Source of the DNA: Octopus sinensis
Lineage: Eukaryota
Direction: 5' to 3'
NCBI RefSeq assembly: GCF_006345805.1
Contig: NC_043009.1
Span: forward strand, 58,280,001 to 58,344,000
Length of the DNA stretch: 64,000 nt
Shown one piece after another: positions 53,740-64,000 of the stretch (the first letter of the stretch is position 1; each line of letters begins with the position of its first letter). A program made the translations under genes and the position numbers. Under the pieces are notes generated by a model. The model had not been told where the DNA came from. It did no database searches and was given only the letters and a program-made list of their open reading frames with translations.

Positions 53740-54131
53740 GCAGAGGAACCATGGTGTAACGCATTATGGTGTGGTAAACTTTCAGACCCTAGTCTAGTTT
53801 GCGAATCCGCTGTACCCAAGGATGGTTCAGCTCTCCACCCGTTAAAAGCCACCGTTTACGGAAAGACGATAACAACATAGCTTTCGCACCCGTGCAACCG
53901 CCAGTCTATATTCGTGTGGTGAGTGGATCTTCAAGATGTCACACGCATTCTTTGTAGCTTAGAGTAGGCTCGAATTAGAGATTATTCTTTGTGGCTAATG
54001 GCGTGAGTCCACTTTGGAAGAAGAAGAAGAAGAAGAAGAAGAAGAAGAAAGAAGAAGAAGAAGAAGAAGAAGAAGAAGAAGAAGAAGAAGAAGAAGACGA
54101 AGAAGAAGAAGAAGAAGAAGAAGAAGAAGAA
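53740..54131 (+). mobile_element. Possible SINE with (GAA)n tail
   Basis: tRNA-like start catggtgtaacg..gcgaatcc; GC-balanced body ending in a ~110-bp (GAA)n. Confidence 0.4.
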
Positions 54132-54815
54132 AAACGCATTCCAACAACTGTAATGGTATTTTTTAAGGGTCAATTATTGAGTCGTGTGGTCTGCTAGTCT
54201 ATACTTTTAGAACCATTATATAACTGGTTCGAAGATAATCACCCTTCAACCTTCAGAAGAAGAAGAAGCACAAGAACCACATTTCTCTCCCCCTCAGTAA
54301 AATTTTCAAAAATCAAATACAATTATTTCGTTCGTAAAATACTTCATATTTCTAAACTTTGGCTGACTTAGATTGAAAAAGTTTAAAATTGAGATTGTCT
54401 TTATGAGTAACAATTTGTCCACAGAAACGTTTCTGGAAGTGATCAATAAGTTCGTGAAAATGAAGACTGTGTATTCTCAAATTTCAGACCACTGTTCTTC
54501 GTTTTAGATTTAATTAGACTATAAACGACTATTAAAAACATCGAAAATAATGGATGAAATTTGTTGCCGATTTTTCATTTGTTTTAAAATGGAATTCGTA
54601 GATGAAATCTCAGGTTTCACTCCTCTGATTATACACACACAGGCACAAACATACTCACACCTATACATGCACACAGCGGCATTGGTACTTTCTCAAGTAA
54701 TGATGATGAACATGCTGACGACAGCACTAGTTGCTTAACTAATTATTTAAGTTTTCTGAAAGACTTGTACATGATATAAAGTATATATAACCAATTCCAA
54801 TTACTCTAAAACCTA

Positions 54816-54859
<44 letters not shown>

Positions 54860-54894
54860 ATATATATAATATATATAAATGTGTATATATATAA

Positions 54895-54941
<47 letters not shown>

Positions 54942-54957
54942 ATATAATATATATATT

Positions 54958-55018
<61 letters not shown>

Positions 55019-55101
55019 ATACACATTTATATATATTTATATATATATAGTAGATATATATATATATATATATAAATGGTGGATATAATATATATATATT
55101 G

Positions 55102-55163
<62 letters not shown>

Positions 55164-55164
55164 A

Positions 55165-55199
<35 letters not shown>

Positions 55200-55237
55200 A
55201 CGTATCCTCATATATGCGTCTGCGTGTGTGTGTGTGT

Positions 55238-55385
55238 GTTGTAAGAACTTTGCTTCCCAGCCACATGTTTCCGGGTTTAGTCCCATTGCGTGACACCTTG
55301 GGCAAGTGTCTTCTACTGTAGTTTCCGGGGCCGACCCAAGCCTTCTCAGTAGTTTTAGTCGAAGGAAACTGAAAGAAGCCCGTAG
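55238..55385 (+). mobile_element. SINE family A 5' half
   Basis: gtaagaactttgcttcccagccacatg..caccttgggcaagtgtcttctact..ggaaactgaaagaagcccgt. Confidence 0.85.
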
Positions 55386-55416
<31 letters not shown>

Positions 55417-56788
55417 ATATGTCTGTAATTGTACGCGCATACGTATATATACATTACGCACGCACATATATATATACACGTGTATAGACATATACATATA
55501 TTATGTTTATATGTAACATAAAAATATATAGAAAAAGTGGGTGAGTGAAATGGGAGAGAAAGAAAGAAAGATAGCTAGGGAGAAAGAGAGAGAAGGAAAG
55601 AGAAAGAGTGAGTGAGGGAGAGAGAGAGAGAGAGAGAGAGGCTCACGGTGAAAAATTAGTCGTTTCTGGGCGGAAGACCTTTTCCGTATTGTCAGAGGTG
55701 CTCCTTCGGTCAAAGAAAAGAGGGCACTGACCATATATAAGGTCTCACCTCTCCATACGGCTCATGAACTTATATTATCATTTTTCGAAATTTATTAACA
55801 CTTATTTTCCTATGTATGCCAACACTATTTTCCTCGGACTCTCAATGTTTTTATATTTTCTCTTTGATATGAAACCAATCGATTACATTCTATACAGCCG
55901 CAGACATGATTAAAACATCAAAAAAAAAAAAGAGACTCCTAAAGATCCGCACAGACCCTATTACAATATCTAGACACAGGCAGTTTAGTACTATTCAACT
56001 TATTTCCATTATATGCACAAATAGACAAACGTGGGTGGCAGAATCGATATAGTAGCGAATAAAATATATTATATTATATTATATAGATATTTCTCTATAT
56101 GATCTACGTTCAAATCCCCCGAGGATAGCTTGTATCTTTCATCATTTCAAAATTAATAAATAATTTTGCACTTGTTATCATTCTTTAGCCCCCAGGAGTA
56201 GATCCGATAATGCTTGGTGTATGATAAAAAGACATTTTAGCCGTGAAAATTCAGTTATCCTTTTTGATGGCAAGACTGTATCTCGGATAACATCTATTAT
56301 TTTATTCCTCCGGTCATGAAATTGTCGAGGTTTCTGGGTTACAGTTTAGTACTTGTCGATGAAGATGTGTCTTTTATTTACGTACACTCTTTGTTTCTGA
56401 TCCTTCGATCTCTGTGTCTTTTCTCGAAGTGCTGTAAAGTGGAATTTTAGCGGAATTTTTCTGATGTGTAACAGTACGGTAATTCACGTTTATACGAAAT
56501 TTTAACAAACTTTCAAACACACAGACGCATACACACACATACCCACAAGCTTACGAGTTAGTGCGTGTGTGTGTATATGTGTGTGTGTATGTGTGACTAT
56601 ATGTACATACATCCATACATATACATAGAAATGACAAAAGTGAATAGACACCCTTATAATCGTTAAAATTTAGTTAAATCTGAAATTATACATTCAAATT
56701 ATTTAAATTATACATTCATAATTTAAATTTAATCTAAGTCATTATTTAAATTATACATTCAAATTATTAATTATTAGAATGTAAATAT

Positions 56789-57200
56789 TTAATATTTACT
56801 AGACATGCCCTTTGCATTTTTCAATGCAAGGACCCTACTAGGCATGCTACTGATCAAATGTCGAATGTTCTCTTGAAGAATTTCTTGCCAAATTTCATGG
56901 AGTTATGTCAATGTATATGGCTTTGAGGATGCTTTCCTTTTCTTTTCGTGAAGTATTCTGTCCATTATACACTAGAGGTGTCCAATAGAGTTCAAATCTG
57001 GTGATTTACTTGGCCATGGAAGCTTTTAAAAATTTCTCTTTTCCAATCCTGATTCTTTTCAGCCATGTAACAAGGAACCACATCTTCCATAAATAAAGCG
57101 TCATCTTTAATCATTTCACCACTGGAAAAGATTGGAAGGCGTCCCTCCTGCAATGTGTGCACATATTTATCTGAGTTTGTTTCCTTCACACTCACTAGGT
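56789..57200 (-). pseudogene. Tc1-family transposase C-terminal remnant
   Basis: Minus strand NSDKYVHTLQEGRLP..FMEDVVPCYMAEKNQDW, frameshift, KLPWPSKSPDLNSIGHL*..ENIRHLISSMPSRVLALKNAKGMSSKY*; matches Tc1 QDNAPCH / WPSQSPDLNPIE / SMPRR..GxxTKY motifs. Confidence 0.88.
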
Positions 57201-57384
57201 CTGATCGACCATTCTTCCAAGTTTTTTCCTGGACATCACACGGTGCTGTGTTTCATTGTTGGCTGCAATTTTTTTCACGTGTAAGTTTATATGTGCGATT
57301 GTGTGTGTGTGTGTGAATGTATGTATGTATGTATGTATGCATGTATCTACGTATCCTCATATATGTTTCTGTGTGTGTGTGTGT

Positions 57385-58025
57385 TATGTCTGGTCACTTT
57401 CGAGTGCTACTGGTAACATGTAACCCAGTACAACCTGTTGCCTGGTCGGGTCGTCGGCGACTAAACCGGAAACGCCACCAAGCTTGCTTGGCGAGGAGGG
57501 TGTTTATTGGACACCCTGCGGGATGCAAAACTAAACCCTCCAAAGGGCGGAGGAACTCTTTTGAGTCAACGGCCATCCAATAAATGTCTTAAGGCTGTAT
57601 CATGCGCGGAGACATAGAAATAATCAGACTGAATACCCGATCGCGCGGTTAAACCATTGGAAGTGAAGGACACCTAGCCTTTCTTAGGGCATCCTTCTAG
57701 GAGAAGCTAATTCAGGTAACTGGGATGACTCCGACAGAAAACCTGCGGCTCAGTGGTTACCGATGATGTTGACTTGTTCTTCATTTCGGATTATGGCTGC
57801 TGTTGCTTAGTGAGTGGGATTGACTCAATGCACAGCCTTTCCTCACTTTAAAAAAAATCTTGCACAGGCATTGAACGATAACAGCATTGATTAAGCTTCG
57901 TGCGATGACCATACTCGATAACGAAGGGGCAGTCACCATGTATGTATGTGTGTATGTTTGAATGTATGTATGTATGTATGTATGTATGTATGTATGTATG
58001 TATGTATGTATGTATGTATGTATGC
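57385..58025 (+). mobile_element. Unclassified GC-richer interspersed element with (ATGT)n tail
   Basis: ~555 bp of hairpin-rich sequence between microsatellites, ending ggggcagtcacc + (ATGT)n; no ORF. Confidence 0.4.
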
Positions 58026-59179
58026 ATGCATAAATTAATTTTCTTCAGTTGATTAATAGCAACACATATATACTCTTTCGGTATTCAGAAGTTTCTGTGA
58101 AATTATGAGTAGACATATTCTTATTATCTGAAGGGAACAATTCATGACATCAACCTCGGAGTATTTCACCCGTTTTTACTAGTATTTATTTACACACGAA
58201 AGAGGTTACTTTGCCGGTATTTATATTCAGCATGTCAGGATGTGAAAATACACCCAGGTCTTCTTCGTTTTGCGCTCTTACATACCCAACACGCATGTAG
58301 AAATAAACAATATAATACCACGTTTATTACAGCATCTAAATGAAGGCAGCGATGAGTAAATATCATCTAAATGTTCACCTTTACGTTTGGCCATTTGCCT
58401 TGACCACTGGCAGCATGAACACAAGCCGACATCGAGCCGTTGAGAAATTCCTGAATATAGAACGGCAATTTATTCGCCATTTCTATTTGCTTGTTAAAAT
58501 ATTCTATTAAATTCGCCAAATACAAAGTTTACATCTTAATTATGTACGCCCAGAAGGAGAAAAAGAATATTTGATTATGATACTCGATATACGTTCCTCT
58601 CGTTTTATTTAGAATGAGACATTATCACTCTCCGAACACACTTCCGGTAGTAACATCCTAATTGATGTCGCCAATATAATTACACTTAAGTTTGAGTCAT
58701 TCAAGCTATCTGCCAGCAGTGATTGCTGTAATTGTGTCTTCGTTTGATGCTATGAAGCAACAATTTTACAATAAAGTAATTAGAAAGTTATTATAAAAAC
58801 CCTTTATTGTACCTGTGTATTATGAAACAAAATAATGATTTTAAAATGGTTTTTGTATCTCCCCTTACATCTCTTTCCCTCGCAGCTCTCTGTCTTTGAC
58901 TGTCTCTTTCTCGCTTTCTCCTTCTCTCACATGTTCGCTCTCTTTCTATCTTTCTCTCCCTATCTCTTTCTCTTTCCATCTTTTTCTCTCTCTTCTTCTC
59001 TGTATCTCTTTCTGGTGGAACCATAACACGCAAAACCATGTCACATGCAATTATGCAAATCTGTCTCTCTATCGCTCTCTCACTCCTCATATACACATAT
59101 ATATATGTGCATGCGTACGTGTGTGTATACGTCAGTATGTATATATATACATATATATGTGTGTGTGTGTGCATGTGTG

Positions 59180-59281
<102 letters not shown>

Positions 59282-59991
59282 ATTTCTTCGTTTAATTTTC
59301 AGGCTCAGATGCTTCTTGATTTATCATTTTAATATCGAGGGGCCGATTTTGACCTTGGTAGTCAGTCCAAGCAGTTAGCACCATAGGTGGCGTCATCATC
59401 ATCATCATCACCTCCATCATTCTTGCTTCTCAAAATTTCCAGCCAATTACACGTTTCATTTTCCCGTTGGAATTACGTTCCATGAATAAATGAATGCTAA
59501 CCGTAAAGCATTCGTCTCCACACTCACTACTACGAACACAAGTGTTTGCATCACAACTTCGCTGCCGCTGCCACAGTCCTCGGAGTTGTCAGCATCCTCG
59601 ACATCTTCATCACCATTATCCTAACACTATTTAATCATATTACAGAGACATACGATTATATAAATTCGTTGTTCCTCAAAGTACAGTATTTTTCAGTTAA
59701 GTTATGAATTGCGGAATTGTGACGTTACAATAATGAATTCTAGACCATTTTCGCTGAACAACATCAAAACAGACACCTACTTCGGGCTAAACGATCGCCT
59801 GATCTACAAGAAACATCAAACAAGACCCACTCTGCAATAATTGTTTGTACTATGGACGACATGGTCTGGAATGTGAAGGGAGGGCTAGTCGAGTATGCTA
59901 CCCCCATTACTACTAGACTGGTATAACTTATCATCGACTTGTAAAGACTTTCAAAGAAAGCGCTTTGGATATTTTCATATTTCTTTACTGC

Positions 59992-60660
59992 CCGAAAGGA
60001 TGAAAGGCAAAGTCAACCTCGGCGGAATTTGAACTCAGAACGTAAAGACAGACGATATACCTATTTCTTTACTACCCACCAGGGGCTAAACACGGAGAGG
60101 ACAAACAAGGACAGACAAACGGATTAAGTCGATCATATCGACCCCAGTGCGTAACTGGTACTTATTTCATCGACCCCGAAAGGATGAAAGGCAAAGTCGA
60201 CCCCGGTGGAATTTGAACTGAGAACGTAAAGACAGACGATATACCTATTTCTTTACTACCCACCAGGGGCTAAACACGGAGAGGACAAACAAGGACAAAC
60301 AAACGGATTAAATCGATTATATCGACCCCAGTGCGTAACTGGTACTTAATTTATCGACCCCGAAAGGATGAAAGGCAAAGTCGACCTCGGCAGAATTTGA
60401 ACTCAGAACGTAGCGGAAGACGAAATAACTATTTCTTTATTACCCACAAGGGGCTAAACACGGAGAGGACAAACAAGGACAGAAAAACGGATTAAGTCGA
60501 TTATATCGACCCCAGTGCGGAACTGGTACTTATTTAATCGACTCCCGAAAGGATGAAAGGCAAAGTCGACCTCGGCGGAATTTGAACTCAGAACGTAGCG
60601 GCAGACGAAATACCGCTAAGGATTTCACCCGGCGTGCTAATGCTTCTGCCAGCTCGCCGA
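59992..60660 (-). mobile_element. SINE family B multimer: one head plus >3 body units, 184-bp period
   Basis: Unit junctions at 60058, 60242 and 60426; head (ctgccagctcgccg) at ~60645-60660. Confidence 0.93.
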
Positions 60661-61289
60661 CGTAAATATTTTCTAACACACAAGACGTTGCAACACCATA
60701 TTACTTTACTGAAACAGGCTCGTCTTAAGACGTAAACATCAGTAAAATTTGATGAAACATCTTTGTAAACACGTTGAAGAACGTTCTTGGAAACATATAT
60801 ACTGCTGTGTTCTCATTTAATATTAATAGAAACTCGACTTGACAATCCGAGTTCTCCAATATTTTTTTTCATAGTTATTTAAAATACGATAATTATTGCA
60901 TAATTACTATTATTTCTCATTAAGCTTTGATTCATTAATCAGTGAATTGTTTCCAGTGATATTCGAAATGGAAGAAATATATAAGATGTACAGAAAATAT
61001 CGAGGACAGTGAAAAAAATTTAAAAGAATATTTGTTAGTTTGTAGAACATTTTTTTTTCTTTTGTGTGTGCAAATACGTTTGCGCTACAGACTGAATAAT
61101 CTCCCTTGTAAACCTGTATGAACCCACCATTCGTATGTTTGATGAGTTTAAGCATAAACAGCGATAGCAAGACTAACACACTGCACCATGATTATCATCA
61201 TTATCATCGTCATCGTCATCATCACCACCACCTCCACCACCACCACCACCATCATCAGCATCATCATCATCATCATCACCATTTATTTG

Positions 61290-61409
61290 ATTTCTGAGTT
61301 CAAGTTCTGCTGAGGTCGACTTTGCCGCGTTCATCCTTTCTGGGCCGATAAATTAAGTACCAGTGAAACACCAACAAATTTTTTAGGTCTTGTGCCTTCA
61401 GTAGAAAGG

Positions 61410-61410
<1 letters not shown>
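61290..61410 (+). mobile_element. SINE family B 3' part with (ATT)n tail (61410-61517)
   Basis: ttctgagttcaagttctgctgaggtcgactttgc..gtgccttcagtagaaaggattattatt. Confidence 0.8.
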
Positions 61411-61479
<69 letters not shown>

Positions 61480-61517
61480 TATTATTATTATTATATATTA
61501 TTATTATTATTATTATT

Positions 61518-61800
61518 AGGTTCGGTCTTATTCTTGATAGGATTTATGTGGCTTGCGGGTTACTTCCCGCAACCTTAGTTATTCGGTAGCTTTCAGCAAT
61601 CTTTCAGATGCTTAGAACCCTCCTGATATTCTTTGATGTCTCTAAGAGACAAACTCTCTGTAGGAGATCTACTGAGCATTCTAATTCAATCTCGTTCAGC
61701 CATTTCTCTATATCTTTGCTTACTGTCCCCAACACATCAATTATTATTGGCACGACCTTTACATTTCTAATACTCCAAATTCTTTCTATTTCACAATTTT
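61518..61800 (-). mobile_element. R4/Dong-clade 3' fragment
   Basis: Minus strand CEIERIWSIRNVKVVPIIIDVLGTVSKDIEKWLNEI..LLQRVCLLETSKNIRRVLSI* (stop 61604-61606), 3'UTR hairpin TTGCGGG-ttactt-CCCGCAA, then (AAT)n. Confidence 0.85.
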
Positions 61801-61834
61801 AAAGGATTGTATTTTTGTTTGCGTCTGGTCCTCT

Positions 61835-62015
61835 TTAGGGCGCCGGGCTAAATGCCTAGCCGTCGCTACGTTCTGAGTTCAAATTTCGCCGAGGTCAACT
61901 TTGCCTTTCATCCTTTCGTGGTCCAGAAATTAAGTACAAGTTGCGTACTGGGGTCGAGCTAATGGACTGACACCCTCCCCCAAAATTTCGGGCCTTGTGC
62001 CTAGAGTAGAAAAGA
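61835..62015 (+). mobile_element. SINE family B
   Basis: gttctgagttcaaatttcgccgaggtcaactttgcctttcatcc..cgggccttgtgcctagagtagaaaag. Confidence 0.85.
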
Positions 62016-62036
62016 ATGTTAATTTCTTTGTTTTAA

Positions 62037-62420
62037 GGCGGGGAGCTGGCAGAAATGTTAGCACGCCGGGCGAAATGCATAGCGGTATTTCGTTTGCTTC
62101 TACGTTCTAAGTTAAAATTCCGCTCAGGTCGACTTTGCCTTTCATCCTTTCGGGGTCGATGAATTAAATACCAGTTACGCACTGTGGTCGATATAATCGA
62201 CTTAATCCGTTTGTCTGTCCTTGTTTGTCCTCTCCGTGTTCAGCCCCTTGTGGGTAGTAAAAAATAGTTATTTAGTCCAACTTTACGTTCTGAGTTCAAA
62301 TTCCACAAAGGTCGTTTGTGCCTTTCATCCTTTTGAGGTTGACAAGTACCAGTTACGTACTGGGGTCGATCTAATCGACTGGCCCCCATCCCTAAAACTT
62401 TCTGGACTTGTGCATAGAGT
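62037..62420 (+). mobile_element. SINE family B dimer (head + 2 bodies, ~183-bp period)
   Basis: tattt restart at 62086 and 62269; the second body ends with the alternative tail ..cttgtgcatagagtag. Confidence 0.88.
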
Positions 62421-63021
62421 AGTAAGGAAAAGAATAGCTTTGTAACCACACAGCCATAACAACGCATATAACGGACCTATCTATTCAGCCCTTTTTTGAA
62501 AAGGAAAAGAAAAGTCTTTATAAGTATAAATAACTTTTAAACTATTGATATGTAGGGATTTACAAGCTTGCAGTTTGAGTTTTTATGTTTCGCGTTAGGC
62601 CATAGTTGTGATTCTTCTATTTATGGGTGGGGGCGAGGAATGCTGGTTCGTGTCGTCTTCATTCTTGGAATTAACGGGACATCCAATCACTAAAGTAGAT
62701 CTTGACTGCGGTCGTGAAACATTGGCCATAAAATCAGTAGACATTGCAACACCATCTCCACTTGTAATCCATGAATATCTATTGTCTTGGTGCCATGTAT
62801 ATGCAAATGTATAACTTTTGGCATTTTTCACTTAATGTTGCGTCAGTTATATATCAATGAAAATATAGCATTGTTTGTCGAAAAATAGTTTAATATGCAC
62901 TCAATCTCACACACATACACACAGACACATATACACAACTATGTATGTATGTATGTATGTATGTATGTATGTATGTATATATATATATATATATCTATCT
63001 ATGTATCTGTCTGTCTATCTA

Positions 63022-63109
<88 letters not shown>

Positions 63110-63689
63110 TATATAAATATATATATAAATATATATATATTGGACACAGTTTATCGAAAGTGTAAATATTAGGAATAAGATGTTTCAACATGGCTTCTGC
63201 ACATAAACATTACGTCAGTTAATCCATGTTTGTTTCGTGTCTCTTGCAATCGACTCATAAAAATATATTATGTAAAAACTATAAAAGAAAATCATATAGG
63301 TTTAAGCTGCATAAATCACTACCACGGAAACTGATCTTTCCAAAGGAGAAGGTAAGTAAAATGAACTTTGAAATTCACCGACGTTAAACATTCCATTGTT
63401 ATTTGTCTAAGTCGAGTAATTCTTTTACCTTTAGCCAGAGATGTGATAGTGGATTTGACATTTAATTCTGTAGTTTGGGAGAATATAGACTCATTGATAG
63501 AAATGATGTACATTTTCAGAGTTCTTTCAGAATTCAACATAATATTGTGAATTATTCTTCACTTTGGTGCTTCCAGTTTATATTATTGAAATACGTTTTC
63601 TATTGTGTGAAAATTGGAGAGCCAATATTTTTTAAACTCTGACCGATAATAACATATTGGTTTGAAATTTTCGTACAAGGACAGCAGTT

Positions 63690-63825
63690 TCAGGGATGAG
63701 AGCAAGTTGATATGGAAAGGATGAAAGGCAAATCGATCTTGGCGGAATTTGAACTCAGAACGTACAGACGCTTGTCATCTTGTCTCTTGTCAGGCGTGCT
63801 AATGATTCTTCTAGCTCACCGCTTT
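63690..63825 (-). mobile_element. SINE family B, degenerate
   Basis: aaaggatgaaaggcaaa..ggcggaatttgaactcagaacgt..gcgtgctaatgattc..agctcaccgc. Confidence 0.7.
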
Positions 63826-64000
63826 GGTTCATGATTTAATATTATATGTGGGTTACCCCTGCCCTGCCTCCTACAAGAAAAGGAGTATAGTCTAGTTTCA
63901 TCTTGAATCTTACGATAACATCATGATCATAATTCCCTTTGGAATGAAATGAAATTTGAACGAAAGTTCAAATAAGGACCTGTGATGCATGAGCTGCATA

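Noticed and set aside
57440-57560. HDV-like ribozyme (CUCCUCGC loop on the minus strand)
   Set aside because: P3 and P1 pairings could not be completed by eye; kept only as a suggested check.
62595-62831. Overlapping 68-78 aa ORFs on both strands
   Set aside because: No recognisable domain or paired splice sites; length is compatible with chance.
63300-63550. Strong donor GAAG|GTAAGT and short ORFs
   Set aside because: No matching strong acceptor that gives a convincing open exon.

Overview
Eukaryotic, AT-rich, repeat-dominated DNA. The SINE families and the (TA)n/(CA)n/(TATG)n/(AAT)n load look like an Octopus (cephalopod) intronic or intergenic region; this is an inference and no search was run. 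No intact protein-coding gene is supported. Almost all listed ORFs are microsatellite artefacts (YIYI, CVCV, poly-I/poly-D). The window holds many copies of at least four tRNA-derived SINE families, labelled A-D here. It also holds three decayed Tc1/mariner transposase remnants (mariner WVPHEL, a DD37D maT and a Tc1), three non-autonomous Helitron-like elements plus one weaker candidate, and fragments of R4/Dong-type non-LTR retrotransposons with a restriction-like endonuclease at three loci. Other features are short TA-adjacent elements carrying minimal hammerhead-ribozyme-like motifs (Penelope-like), five long foldback palindromes, a 21-bp minisatellite, a ~1.1-kb tandem duplication that may be an assembly artefact, and a decayed ~1.5-kb coding-like segment containing one clean candidate exon (20120-20467). 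The most interesting observations are: (i) the hammerhead motifs; (ii) every R4/Dong locus sits tail-to-tail with a family-B SINE, at or near its (AAT)n tail; (iii) family-B SINEs recur as head+(~184 bp)n multimers at three separate loci.
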